From positions 186,001-250,000 of the IMG/VR virus record IMGVR_UViG_3300049001_000044: 64,000 bases of DNA, one strand, 5' to 3'. The notes beneath the pieces were generated by a model. It had not been told where the DNA came from. It did not search any database and saw only the letters and a list, made by a program, of their open reading frames with translations. Position 1 is the first letter of the stretch, and the number at the start of each line of letters is the position of its first letter. A program made the position numbers and the translations under genes. This document shows positions 50,525 to 60,898 of the stretch, piece by piece.

Positions 50525-51154
50525 TGCATAAGTTGGGTTCAGATCGCTGTCAACGTGATCGATCAGGTAGCCGTGCGGAGATTTGTAGAGCAGGACTTCC
50601 CAGTTGTTGATACTGGCTGTGCCTAACTTTCCAAGTTTCGGTCTTACAATTATAAAATGTACGTCATCAGACGATAACTGCAAATTTTCAACAAAGAAGC
50701 AGGCGTCACTACCAAATACGCTGATCGCATGAAGAGTTTTTCGAGGAACTTTGCTTTTTGAGGGAGGTACTGCGTTGAGCGGAGCTTTGGTGATTTCAAA
50801 GGTGCCTGAGCTGAACTGCGCCGAGTGGTGCGTAGTTTGATGGGGTTGGATTAGCGCTCTACTTCCTTTTGTCTTTTCAGCAAACGAAATCATTTCGTTC
50901 ATGAAGTTATTATGGACAACTGAGTGCATGCAACTCCTCGGCTTACCCATCACTGATTTGACCATGTCCTTATCTGGTGGGATGAACGGGAAATCAGAGG
51001 AGTTTTGCCGTGAGATGTAAGGTGAGAGGAATCTTGCTCCTCTTTCATACATCTCGTAGTACGAAGCAACGATTCGAAGAAGATCGTTGTAGCTGTTGGT
51101 AGAGCGGAGAATGTCCGCTCTACCATTATAACGTGGTGCTTGTCGTTCTGTCAT
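50513..51154 (-). CDS. hypothetical protein
   Basis: 213-aa ORF. Confidence 0.65.
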   Translation of the reverse strand: MTERQAPRYNGRADILRSTNSYNDLLRIVASYYEMYERGARFLSPYISRQNSSDFPFIPPDKDMVKSVMGKPRSCMHSVVHNNFMNEMISFAEKTKGSRALIQPHQTTHHSAQFSSGTFEITKAPLNAVPPSKSKVPRKTLHAISVFGSDACFFVENLQLSSDDVHFIIVRPKLGKLGTASINNWEVLLYKSPHGYLIDHVDSDLNPTYAGRF

Positions 51155-51675
51155 GATGCCCAGAACGCAGGGTGTTCTAGCAGATCATCAAGTAGGAAGA
51201 CTTGCAGGTGACGATTCTGTACGAGTTCGAATTTCGGCTGGACTGGGAGTACATCGTCGGTCTTTTCGATAATGACAAAGATCGCCGTCCTATTCCACTT
51301 GAAGACGAGCATTGGGATTTTGTTGATCTTGACTGCGTCAGTGACAGACTCTTCAAACCATCCATACACGTTTGCCGTGCCAGAGACCAGTGAGGTGAAG
51401 TTGTCAGGCGTCTTGTAGAACTTTGCTTCAACGGAATACTTGAACGTCAGTCCAGTATCCTTCTCGTTGACGGGCACCACGTCGCCGACGAAGAGCTTCA
51501 ATGCATCTTCGCCAAACATCGCGCCGATAGTTTGGAAATTTTTACCGCCTACGCGAGCACCTGAGCCCTGAGTGCGGATGAAGTTGAGAGGGGTGAGAGC
51601 GGCGGAGAGCTTCTTTGCGAGCTGACCTTCAAATCCGGAGCCCTTGGCTTTGCCGCCACCTGGTTTCATTGCCAT
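51151..51675 (-). CDS. Holliday junction resolvase (PD-(D/E)xK)
   Basis: KGSGFE...GSGA...GDVVP...SVEAKFY. Confidence 0.8.
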   Translation of the reverse strand: MAMKPGGGKAKGSGFEGQLAKKLSAALTPLNFIRTQGSGARVGGKNFQTIGAMFGEDALKLFVGDVVPVNEKDTGLTFKYSVEAKFYKTPDNFTSLVSGTANVYGWFEESVTDAVKINKIPMLVFKWNRTAIFVIIEKTDDVLPVQPKFELVQNRHLQVFLLDDLLEHPAFWAS

Positions 51676-51730
51676 GTGAGAATCCTATAGAATAGTGGAA
51701 AGTACTATTTACAGGACCCTCACCCTGATC

Positions 51731-52837
51731 TTACACGATCCTAGTGTAGTAGTTACTCATGTCTTCTTTGGAGATAAATGACTTACCGTAGCGAGTCATT
51801 AAAGTGATCTGTGGTTCGAACGTATTAGGATCGATCACTACACCTGAAGACATTAATGGGACGTATGGGTTGAACACCAGTCCAGCATCAACCTCGTCAT
51901 TGAACATTCCGCCGCCCTTGTATCCAATCACTGCCTTACCATCTAGCGCCAGCGGGGTTAAGAAGACGCTCATGTTATTAAGCACGCCAACCTTCTTGAA
52001 ACTCCAATCATTGCCTCCGCCCTGCACTGAAACAAAGTTTGACTTTGGATCCATCTGCAGTTCAAGCAGGGAGTCGACGTTGACAATAACGAAGCGAGCA
52101 GCACCACGGCGAGTGTTTCTTGCCATATCATTTGATGCCCTGTTGATGGTTAGGGCAAGGGTGGCGCCATCTTCCTGTTTCACTTCCTTAGCAACATCGC
52201 ACATGTCGGTGAAGAATTCATTATCGATCTCCGCTGCGATTTGCTTCGCGAGAATAGAGTGGAACTCGTTGACGGCGTCAATATGGATTGCTGCCAGATC
52301 CTGCACTGCCTCAGTGGTAAATCGAGCTTGTAGACGACGCGTACCAGCGGTTGCTGTTTGCTTCACGATCTGTAGTACCATGCGCTTGCCTTCAACATCG
52401 ACATGATCCACAGCTGTGAAACGAAGGAAGTAAGACAGGCCAACTGGACCTTCCATCGGTTGAATACCGACGAAGTTGCCAACTGCGCTCATCACGAAGA
52501 TGTCTCTAATCAGTGAGAGATAGTCTACGCGAGACATTTTGCCCATCACGTTTCCATCCATTCGCGAATATCCATCTGCGTTCTTCAACAACTGCAGAAT
52601 GATTTCTTGCTTGTGGGCGGGGACAGTAGCGAGGAGGGTCTTGTAAAGTGCAGCGGTTTTCTGTTCTTCGGTCTTACCGAAGATGTGCTTCACGCCTTGA
52701 GCAATTTGGGTAAGACCAACCTTTGGGACGTGGAGCTTACCACCAGGCTTAGCCGACTCAGCAAGGGCCTTCGTAATAGGGCTAAACAAAGTGCCAAAAC
52801 CCATCCTTATTTGGATGAGACCTTCTTTAAGATTCAT
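51731..52837 (-). CDS. second gp23/gp24-family capsid protein
   Basis: VGIQPMEGPVGL, AGTRRLQARFT and PYVPLMSSGVVIDPNTF shared with gp23. Confidence 0.8.
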   Translation of the reverse strand: MNLKEGLIQIRMGFGTLFSPITKALAESAKPGGKLHVPKVGLTQIAQGVKHIFGKTEEQKTAALYKTLLATVPAHKQEIILQLLKNADGYSRMDGNVMGKMSRVDYLSLIRDIFVMSAVGNFVGIQPMEGPVGLSYFLRFTAVDHVDVEGKRMVLQIVKQTATAGTRRLQARFTTEAVQDLAAIHIDAVNEFHSILAKQIAAEIDNEFFTDMCDVAKEVKQEDGATLALTINRASNDMARNTRRGAARFVIVNVDSLLELQMDPKSNFVSVQGGGNDWSFKKVGVLNNMSVFLTPLALDGKAVIGYKGGGMFNDEVDAGLVFNPYVPLMSSGVVIDPNTFEPQITLMTRYGKSFISKEDMSNYYTRIV

Positions 52838-53020
52838 TTACCAATCTCCTGCGATGTAGTGGAGCATGGATTTGTACGCCACCACGGTTGACTTACAATC
52901 AGGGCACATTCCTGAAAACCTTGGCCATAACTTCCTAACCTCCGAAGAGGAAAGCCCTTTTGAGGCTTCCTCGTCGAATGCAGGCATGACCTTCTCGTGC
53001 TTGCATGTTGCTGGGTTCAT
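52838..53020 (-). CDS. small Cys-containing hypothetical protein
   Basis: CKH...CPDC; coupled to gp46. Confidence 0.6.
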   Translation of the reverse strand: MNPATCKHEKVMPAFDEEASKGLSSSEVRKLWPRFSGMCPDCKSTVVAYKSMLHYIAGDW

Positions 53021-54768
53021 TACTCTGGATCTACGATTTGTGAGAAGCCGTTTTCTTTCCTGACGACAATGTTGCGATCGAACCTACCGACTGCTTCAGG
53101 GCGATGCGAGATAATCCACATACCCAGTCCATCATCACGTGTCTTCTGCTTCAACAATCTGAACACGTTCTCAACGCCACTGCTATCCAAGCTTGCGTCA
53201 ATCTCGTCGATGAAGAGCAGATTAACCTTGGCGTGCAGGTGGTGAAGGACATCACGGAAAGCCAGTGAGAGGGAAAGATTGACTCGTTTCTTCTCACCGC
53301 TAGAAAGGTTACCAAAGTCCAATTCCCTACCGTACTCGCTCACTGTACACGACATGTCATCATCGAACTTCACAATGTGGGGCAGACCCAGATCCTTCGT
53401 GTAGTGAATGAGGCGAGCGTTGAGGAATGGAACAGTCTTGTTGATGATGCGACGACGAATGAAGGAGTTTTTGTCCGTCAACAGCTTCAACAGGAACTGT
53501 TGGTGGTCCAACTCTTTCTTCAGATGGTTCAGCTCATCGTACTGAACCTCTTGCACTGCTTGTTGCTTGAGCGCATCCAACGCTTCAACGTGTGGATTGT
53601 CAGCCGCAAGTAGTTCGTCGATCTTGCCCTGTGCCGTAGCCGCGGCTTGAGTTGCACGAAGTGCTTCCTCAACAGAGCTGAATCGCATGTCTTGCTTCAG
53701 CTCAGCCATCGCAACTTGGACGAGATGGATCTCTTCCTGCAACGTGCCGAGTTCCACATCGAGTTCGTTCTCACGCTCTGTCTTGACGGTCAGGAGCTCA
53801 CACTTTTCCTGTAGTTTGGCTTGAGCATCCTCAAACGACTGTTGGCAGTATGGGCACTTAGCGTCAGCGAGGTGGGTGATCTCTCCTTTCAGCGCTTCAA
53901 CTTCTTTCGCAGCAAGCGTGATGTCTTTCTTCAACAGCGCAAGCTTCTTGCTGAGGGTGGCTTCTTCTGCTTTGTGTTCTGCGTACTTAGCATGAAGCTC
54001 CTTCTCCCTATCGATGTCAAAGCCTTCCAGCTCTTTTGCGGAGTCTAGTTGTTCGAGCAGCTTTGCGGCTTGCTTTTCACGGTCGGACTCCCATCGATTG
54101 ACACGATCTTCGGCATCCTTCAGCTGCTTTTGGTACAGCTTGACTGCACCTTCCTGCTGCTTGATGATCGCCTCTTGAACGTTGATGTCGCCTTCAGTCT
54201 GCTTGATCTTTTCCTTCAACAGAATGGCCTTCTCAGTGAGGAGGGTAATGTTGAACAGCTCTTCGATCTGGCTGCGCTGTTGCGAAACCGGCAGTTGAAG
54301 AAAGGGCTGAGTGTTACCAGAGAAGATGATGATCTTGGTGAACAGCTCGTAAGACATGCCAATAATCTCTTCAACGAACTTGTCATTGCCCGAGACCGAG
54401 TCAAGCGTCACATCTTCCCCATTACAGAGGATGTTGATGTTGAAGTTCTCACCGCGGCAGCGGTAGATTTCGTACTCGTCTTCACCCTTCTCCAAGAACA
54501 ATCTAACTTCCATCAGAGTATTCTTGGAGTTGTTCGACGCATTGATGAGCTTTTGCAGACTAATGTTGTCAAACGGCTTGTTGTAGAGCGCGTAGCAGAT
54601 TGCGTTGATGATGGTTGTTTTACCAGCACCGTTGTTACTTGACGCATCCACGTTCTCACCAGTGATGAGAGTGCTACCGTAATGGTCCAAGTCGATCTCG
54701 GTCATGTTGTTGCCGAACGACATGAAGTTACGGATGTGGATGCCCTTTAGACGAAGTGGAATACTCAT
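53020..54768 (-). CDS. gp46: recombination endonuclease ATPase subunit (Rad50/SbcC-like)
   Basis: NGAGKT Walker A, CPYC zinc hook, LSSGE signature, FIDE Walker B. Confidence 0.95.
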   Translation of the reverse strand: MSIPLRLKGIHIRNFMSFGNNMTEIDLDHYGSTLITGENVDASSNNGAGKTTIINAICYALYNKPFDNISLQKLINASNNSKNTLMEVRLFLEKGEDEYEIYRCRGENFNINILCNGEDVTLDSVSGNDKFVEEIIGMSYELFTKIIIFSGNTQPFLQLPVSQQRSQIEELFNITLLTEKAILLKEKIKQTEGDINVQEAIIKQQEGAVKLYQKQLKDAEDRVNRWESDREKQAAKLLEQLDSAKELEGFDIDREKELHAKYAEHKAEEATLSKKLALLKKDITLAAKEVEALKGEITHLADAKCPYCQQSFEDAQAKLQEKCELLTVKTERENELDVELGTLQEEIHLVQVAMAELKQDMRFSSVEEALRATQAAATAQGKIDELLAADNPHVEALDALKQQAVQEVQYDELNHLKKELDHQQFLLKLLTDKNSFIRRRIINKTVPFLNARLIHYTKDLGLPHIVKFDDDMSCTVSEYGRELDFGNLSSGEKKRVNLSLSLAFRDVLHHLHAKVNLLFIDEIDASLDSSGVENVFRLLKQKTRDDGLGMWIISHRPEAVGRFDRNIVVRKENGFSQIVDPE

Positions 54769-55811
54769 AGTGTGCTGTAGATTTCGACCAATTTGGTCGC
54801 GTCAATGGTTGAAGTTCCGGAAACACCGGTCTGCAGCATCGTAATCACAGCATCATTGAGTGAGGACAGATCGAAGTTATCGATCTCACCTTCTTCACCC
54901 GCGATTGCGTCTTTCCTCTCACTGATGTTTTCTTCCAGCGAGAACTCACGCAGCCCCATGGTCTTGACCATCTCTTCACGAAGTGCTTGCGCATCCGAGT
55001 AGGCGATGTCAATGTCTATTAGGCATCGAACCCTGCACTTTGGTGGGAAATCCATGCTGCCATCAAGAACGGAAGACAGACGGATCTTGCGGTACTTTGG
55101 ACAGTCTTCCCAATTGATGAACTCCACTTTATCGGTGGAAGTATCCAAGAAGCACAGGCCGCGATCGTCATCGCCTTGATCGCCGTAATCCATCGGGAAG
55201 GTGTTGCCGATGTACACGACGTTGTCGTTGGCTTGACGCTTGTGGAAGTGACCCGAGAAGATGTGGGTTGGTCCAGCAAATTGCGTGTGGTCTGGTCCAT
55301 GATCCATACGGCGATCGGTACCAGTCACAACGAAGTTACGGAACTCGAAGTGTCCCATCCAGTACGGCAGATGGTTGTACTTTGCAAGGGTTGGATATTC
55401 GTTCTTGAACAAATATGGGCAGATGAGGAACTGATCGCCAACGACGGTCGGCTCGTTCACAAGCACGATGTTCTCAAACTCTTCAAACACCTTCGTGCTG
55501 AAGACCTTCCTGCTTTCACGATGGTAAAGGTCGTGATTGCCAATGATGATGTAGACAGGGATGCCCAACGAGTTGAGTGCTTCTACTGCATCACGCGCAA
55601 AGTTGAGAGTGAGGATATTGACTGCGTTTCGATTCTCAAACCAATCGCCAAGGAACATGATGTGCGTGACGCCACCTTCCTTCTTGACTTGCTCGCAGAA
55701 CCACAGCACAAAATCCAAACAATCTTGGTTGTGCATGATCGAGTTGTTCTTCTTACCAAAGTGGATGTCGGTGAACATCGCTACCTTGGATTTCTTAGGT
55801 AGCGAACTCAC
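54765..55811 (-). CDS. gp47: recombination endonuclease nuclease subunit (Mre11-like)
   Basis: TDIHFG, GDWF, GNHD and SGHFH motifs. Confidence 0.95.
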   Translation of the reverse strand: MSSLPKKSKVAMFTDIHFGKKNNSIMHNQDCLDFVLWFCEQVKKEGGVTHIMFLGDWFENRNAVNILTLNFARDAVEALNSLGIPVYIIIGNHDLYHRESRKVFSTKVFEEFENIVLVNEPTVVGDQFLICPYLFKNEYPTLAKYNHLPYWMGHFEFRNFVVTGTDRRMDHGPDHTQFAGPTHIFSGHFHKRQANDNVVYIGNTFPMDYGDQGDDDRGLCFLDTSTDKVEFINWEDCPKYRKIRLSSVLDGSMDFPPKCRVRCLIDIDIAYSDAQALREEMVKTMGLREFSLEENISERKDAIAGEEGEIDNFDLSSLNDAVITMLQTGVSGTSTIDATKLVEIYSTL

Positions 55812-56660
55812 TTATACCATCTCCACTTCTTCAACTTCGACCACGGCGACAGGTGCTTCCACCTTCACTTCGACGACCTTCTTCTTGCGAGTAGCTTTTG
55901 GTGTGGTCTCATCCTTGACCTTCTTCACTCGAGGCTTCTTTTGAACTGCTGCAGGAACGCTCATAGTATCAGTTGAGTTCATGAATGTGATGTTGCCTTC
56001 CTCGTCTTGAGTAAAGTCAACGCCAGGGACCAACACCTTGACTGCGCTTGGTTGACGACCCAGATAACGGTGCTTGATGACCTTCTCTTTCGGTGCTTCA
56101 TCAACTGCTGCGCCATCCAACTCCACAGCCCTAAGTGCTGCGAATTGCTCATCGTCCTCATCCAGCGTCAGGGTGGCTGGACGATAACTAGAAGCATCGG
56201 AGTCCACAACCTCGTGGTTCTCTTCGCCTCCGTAGTTATACGATGGGTTTGCACCACTCTCGATCAGCAGCCTGTCTCGAACCTTACGGTGCTTCTTCTC
56301 GTCCGCCATGTACTGAAGGAACGAGTTGTGGATAGCAGTCGTGTAGAACGAGAACGGGTTTGCTGACTTTTCAGGGTTGAACTTCAGTGCGTTATTGCAC
56401 AGGTTAGCAATTGCCGCGGCGACCATGTCTTCACGGAACGAATAACCTACGAAGTTGCCCTTGCGGGAGTAGCGTTCAGCAATCATCCAGATCATGCCAA
56501 TAAGCTTGTCTGTGACTTTGCCGAGCTCTTTGGCTTCCAAAACTGCAGGAAGTAGTTGAGCGTTGGTGACGTAGTGTCCACGCGTTGACGTGGACTTTTC
56601 TCTCTTTAGGTATTTCAAAACAATTTCTCCTCGGACGGTGCGCTTTGGAGATACATTCAT
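55812..56660 (-). CDS. gp55: late-transcription sigma factor
   Basis: HYVTNAQL...YSFREDM...FNPEKSANPFSFYT; upstream of gp47 as in T4-like phages. Confidence 0.9.
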   Translation of the reverse strand: MNVSPKRTVRGEIVLKYLKREKSTSTRGHYVTNAQLLPAVLEAKELGKVTDKLIGMIWMIAERYSRKGNFVGYSFREDMVAAAIANLCNNALKFNPEKSANPFSFYTTAIHNSFLQYMADEKKHRKVRDRLLIESGANPSYNYGGEENHEVVDSDASSYRPATLTLDEDDEQFAALRAVELDGAAVDEAPKEKVIKHRYLGRQPSAVKVLVPGVDFTQDEEGNITFMNSTDTMSVPAAVQKKPRVKKVKDETTPKATRKKKVVEVKVEAPVAVVEVEEVEMV

Positions 56661-56724
56661 TATATCAACGGGTGCAGTCAGCGAAAACTGCACGTAGTCG
56701 TCCGGGCGTGAAAAGACCCAGGTA

Positions 56725-56731
56725 ATAAATA
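56725..56731 (+). promoter_or_regulatory. late promoter-like ATAAATA
   Basis: Heads the plus-strand baseplate operon. Confidence 0.55.
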
Positions 56732-56755
56732 CTCCATCATTGAACAGGAACTTCC

Positions 56756-57472
56756 ATGGAATTCAAAAAGCTACTTGAGGATGCACCAGCGCCTCGCACA
56801 AAGCGTGTCGCGGTCGTCATTGGTCGATTCAATCCGCCGACGAAAGGGCACTACGCTGTGATCAACAAGGTGAAGAAGTTCATTAAGGACAATCCTAAGC
56901 TGAGTCTTGAGGCGGTGCCAGTCGTTGTTGTGATTGGCGGTGGAAAATCCGATCTAGACAAAGCAAAGAATCCACTCTCGGTTGACGAGAGAATTCTATT
57001 TATGAAAGCCTCAGGCAATGCGAACGCATGCAACTTCATGCACGCTAAGAACGCATTCGAAGCTCTCACCAATTGCCGCAACGCAGGTTTAGAGCCAATC
57101 GCAATTGCGGCAGGTAGCGATCGCATTGACGACTACGTTCGTATTCTCAATCACTACTTCAAGAACAGCGACGACACCCCAATCAAGCACTACAAGGTTC
57201 ATCTCGATCGTGATGATGACGCAGTAGAGGCGGATCCAGAAGAGAAGCAAGCAAGCATGGATAACATTCTCAGCAGTATGCAGAATGGTGATCATGTGGA
57301 CACTGACCTGGTAAGCGGCTCTCTTGCTCGTCGTGCCGTAGAATTGGGATATGAGAAGGAGTTTGCTGAGATTGTAGGTTTGCCAGACAAGCCTGAGCTA
57401 GCGAAGAAGCTCTTTGACAAGATCAAGAAAGCTCTTCCACCATCAACGAAGGAAGACGATGCCAACGTTTAA
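56756..57472 (+). CDS. cytidyltransferase-like nucleotidyltransferase
   Basis: GRFNPPTKGH (HxGH-like), AGSDR. Confidence 0.8.
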   Translation: MEFKKLLEDAPAPRTKRVAVVIGRFNPPTKGHYAVINKVKKFIKDNPKLSLEAVPVVVVIGGGKSDLDKAKNPLSVDERILFMKASGNANACNFMHAKNAFEALTNCRNAGLEPIAIAAGSDRIDDYVRILNHYFKNSDDTPIKHYKVHLDRDDDAVEADPEEKQASMDNILSSMQNGDHVDTDLVSGSLARRAVELGYEKEFAEIVGLPDKPELAKKLFDKIKKALPPSTKEDDANV

Positions 57473-58400
57473 CATCGGCGACAAGTTCGCACCAAAGGTC
57501 AAAGGGTCGGTCGACAACTATCTGAACCCAACTGCAGCAAACATTGACAACAACCAACCCACTGACTTCTCAACTGCAGGTCCTATGAAGTTGCAGAGCG
57601 AGGCGCAGCAGAAACTACGCTCAACAGGTCAGGCTCACAACTTCGCAGCTCCTTATGTGGGTGGTCAAAATCCAGTCGCTGATCAACAGCTTGCAAACAA
57701 CCAGCAAGCTAGACAGGCTTCTGCTGCTGAGATGCCGCAACTCCCGTCAATGGATACTAACGAATTGAAGGTGACCATCAAGCAAGACCCAGAGGTTGGT
57801 GATGGTCCTAATGAGATCGTCTTCAAGGTCATGCCAAGGATTAGTGAGCAGGGTGGAGCTGAGTATGAGGCGATTACGCCCACGCACCACCCAGGTTCTA
57901 TTCAGAAGTTTAGAAACTCTGCGCCTAGAACTTGGAACGTCTCTGGTCGATTGATGTCTCGCACTGTTGCTGAGGCGAGTGAAAACTTGAAACTCCTGAA
58001 TATGATCAGGTCATGGCGCATGCCATTCTACGGTGAGGGAACTAACCAAGACAGTTCGACGCAAGGTAAGTTAGGCGCACCGCCGCCAATCCTCACCCTC
58101 ACTGGATACGGCCCTTCCATGATTGGCCCTGTCAAGTGCGTGCTGACCTCCTACAACTGGGACTTCGGCAACGACATGGACTACATGCCAACCGATACAG
58201 GAGCGATGATTCCTGTGCTGTTAGACATTAGCTTGGCGATGACAGAAAGTTGGTCGCCTGCAGAGTTCAGTGGCTTTGATTTGGTGAAGTACAAACAAGG
58301 AGACTTGAGTGCTGATGGTGCGTTTAAGCGGCTCACTCTTGCTACCCCGACAACTGCTGCACAGACGAACGTCTCAACTGACGAGCCTACAAGAAAATGA
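57459..58400 (+). CDS. baseplate/tail-tube initiator-like protein
   Basis: GAPPPILTLTGYG...VLTSYNWDF...YMP; likely start MPTFNIG. Confidence 0.6.
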   Translation: MPTFNIGDKFAPKVKGSVDNYLNPTAANIDNNQPTDFSTAGPMKLQSEAQQKLRSTGQAHNFAAPYVGGQNPVADQQLANNQQARQASAAEMPQLPSMDTNELKVTIKQDPEVGDGPNEIVFKVMPRISEQGGAEYEAITPTHHPGSIQKFRNSAPRTWNVSGRLMSRTVAEASENLKLLNMIRSWRMPFYGEGTNQDSSTQGKLGAPPPILTLTGYGPSMIGPVKCVLTSYNWDFGNDMDYMPTDTGAMIPVLLDISLAMTESWSPAEFSGFDLVKYKQGDLSADGAFKRLTLATPTTAAQTNVSTDEPTRK

Positions 58401-58771
58401 AAAACAAGAACAGTCTACTCCTCAACACTTCGCGCTATGTGCAGGGCGGAGTGAGTGAGACACAGAACGTCCGCATCGAATGGTGGGAACGTTCTGTCTT
58501 TGCGAAGGATCCATCCGATCGTGTGTATGTTGTCGAGCCAATTTACGAAGGCAGGCTCGACAACATCTCTAACGCTTTCTACGGCGATCCTCGTTATTGG
58601 TGGGTGCTTGCGCAGTTCAACAACATCCTTGACCCTGCATCTGAGGTCGTAGCAGGTCGAGCTCTGTTGATCCCAACAAAAGATCGTCTATCGCTCATGC
58701 TAACAGGCAGACAAGGCGGAGTTGCTAGTACTAGAACTGAAGTTCCTTCGATTCCACCAGTCATCATCTAA
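58397..58771 (+). CDS. baseplate wedge protein (gp53-like, LysM-like)
   Basis: RLDNISNAFYGDPRYWWVLAQFNNILDP. Confidence 0.8.
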   Translation: MKNKNSLLLNTSRYVQGGVSETQNVRIEWWERSVFAKDPSDRVYVVEPIYEGRLDNISNAFYGDPRYWWVLAQFNNILDPASEVVAGRALLIPTKDRLSLMLTGRQGGVASTRTEVPSIPPVII

Positions 58772-58774
58772 CAA

Positions 58775-60898
58775 ATGCAACAGAATAACTATCCAAATCC
58801 TCTCGACAATTTTAGGTCGCACGCATACCACTTTACCTTGACGGTCGCGAACACTACTGAAGCGCATCGCAAGATGATTGAGATGGCGGGCAACGGAGGC
58901 AGCTCGTATATCCAAGCCGTCAACAACGCAATGTTGGGCGGCGCAGTGGATGTCGGCGGCGATAGCGCCTACCTCATCCTTGACACCAGGCGCTTCTCCC
59001 AGTTCTCAGTCACTGACTTCACCATGCACCATCGCTATGGAACGGGTAACGTTGCTAACCCAACAACCCCTATCTCAGCGGCGAAGATGCGCGTCGTGGA
59101 CAGCACAGGTCTTAGCTTCATGAACTTCCTCATGGATATCATGAGGACTAAAATCCAATCGACCCGTGCTAGCGCGTTCTTCCTTCTTACTATCACATTC
59201 CACGGTCACACCGACGATAGCCCAGAGCCGCACACTGAGACGGTCGCAACGTGTTTCATTCCGATGATCTTGACCTCTCTGCATTTTGAGTTCACCAATA
59301 CAGGGACTATCTTCGACATCGAGTTCTGGGAAGTTGAAGGCAATCCAGGCGGAGCTGTTCCTCAGCTCGTAGACTTGGGTGACATTCAAGCTGTTAGTAC
59401 GGAGAAGACGTCGAACACGCTAGGTGGTATCTTGCAATCGTTGGAAGATCGTCTCAACATCCGCTCACTCCAATTCTACCAGAAGTACACGAACGAAGCG
59501 TACGAAAGAGCCACCGCCGAGGACAAGAAAAACTTCGACAAGGCGGGTAAGCTGGTTCAGTACATGATCACCGTCCCTGATGAGTGGAAGAACTTCCGCA
59601 TCAACAGTGCTGGTAAGAGCGCGAACGTCGAGCAGGTGTTCCTTGCGAAGGCGTCAAAGACTCCAGACAAAGATCCAAAGCAGGTGGAGCAAGAGAAGAC
59701 CGTTGCCGCACCTGCGCCGTCCGGTGATCGTGCTAGCTATTACTCCTTCTCTCAAACCACTGACGTTCCAATGGCGATCAAGATAATGCTGGAATCTTGC
59801 AAGGAATATCTGGATCTGGCAAGCGAAGAGAAGAAGCAGAAGGGTCAAGCAACCGTTCATCGCACCATCGTAAGCATCACTAGCGACGCGAACACGTACA
59901 TGATCCACTTTGACATCTACCCTTACTTCGTTCCAAAGGTTGATGAAAAGAAGAACACTGTTGCGACGGGCGATGGTAAGACTCAAAAGCGGTTGACGAA
60001 CGGTGACATCAAGAACCTCATCAAGTACGACTATCTGTTCAGCGGCAGGAACGAACACGTGCTTGATCTAAAGGTGGACTTTGCTCCCACCGCGGCTGTT
60101 GCGCTTGACATGGATTTGAGCATTGGTCAGACGCGACTCGCTGAGAACGCATCGACTGGCCAGAAGCAGAAGGAAGTGAAAGAGAACGGACAAAGCAAGA
60201 CGGTCAATGACAACCCGCTCATTCGCAAGTCTGAGCCAATCTTCCCACCACTGAAGACGAAAGATCAACAGACGAACTTTGGCCACATGTCGACTGAAGA
60301 GTACAAGAAGGAAGAAGCTCAGGACATGATCAAGGCGAAGCAGCAACACACCAACACTATGGCTTTGCTTCACTTCGTTGCTTCGCTTCAAGCTCAGCTG
60401 ACGGTTCGTGGCAACCCAAACATCATTCGCAAGTACGCGGATAGGAACCTTCGTGGCGGCATCGCTCGCCACCCTGCAACTATCAGTTCGCCTGACACGC
60501 TTCGCTCACTTCGTTCTGGCGGGTCAGCTGAGAGCACGTACAACGGCTCGATCAAGTCGAGGATGGTCAGTGAGAAGGCCCTTTACTACACGTCGTTTGT
60601 GAAGCCGCGTATCGAAGAAGACAAGGCAAAGCAGAATGGTACGGACCCGTTGCTTCATGGCGACGACATCGCGACCACCCCGTTGTATTGCATGGTCAAC
60701 ATCTACGCGCCGAACACGGACTTCCTGGGCAATCAAACTGATGGCGGCATGTTCACCAATAAATTCTTCTACGACGGCGTCTACATGGTGTTGCAGATTG
60801 AGACTCAATTCTCAGGCGGAACATTCAGGCACGTCATGAACTTGATGCCATACGACTTGGATGGCTCCTTCAGCAAATCAACAGAAGCAATCAAATGA
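58775..60898 (+). CDS. baseplate hub-like structural protein
   Basis: 707 aa between gp53-like and gp5-like genes; YPNPLD N-terminus. Confidence 0.6.
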   Translation: MQQNNYPNPLDNFRSHAYHFTLTVANTTEAHRKMIEMAGNGGSSYIQAVNNAMLGGAVDVGGDSAYLILDTRRFSQFSVTDFTMHHRYGTGNVANPTTPISAAKMRVVDSTGLSFMNFLMDIMRTKIQSTRASAFFLLTITFHGHTDDSPEPHTETVATCFIPMILTSLHFEFTNTGTIFDIEFWEVEGNPGGAVPQLVDLGDIQAVSTEKTSNTLGGILQSLEDRLNIRSLQFYQKYTNEAYERATAEDKKNFDKAGKLVQYMITVPDEWKNFRINSAGKSANVEQVFLAKASKTPDKDPKQVEQEKTVAAPAPSGDRASYYSFSQTTDVPMAIKIMLESCKEYLDLASEEKKQKGQATVHRTIVSITSDANTYMIHFDIYPYFVPKVDEKKNTVATGDGKTQKRLTNGDIKNLIKYDYLFSGRNEHVLDLKVDFAPTAAVALDMDLSIGQTRLAENASTGQKQKEVKENGQSKTVNDNPLIRKSEPIFPPLKTKDQQTNFGHMSTEEYKKEEAQDMIKAKQQHTNTMALLHFVASLQAQLTVRGNPNIIRKYADRNLRGGIARHPATISSPDTLRSLRSGGSAESTYNGSIKSRMVSEKALYYTSFVKPRIEEDKAKQNGTDPLLHGDDIATTPLYCMVNIYAPNTDFLGNQTDGGMFTNKFFYDGVYMVLQIETQFSGGTFRHVMNLMPYDLDGSFSKSTEAIK

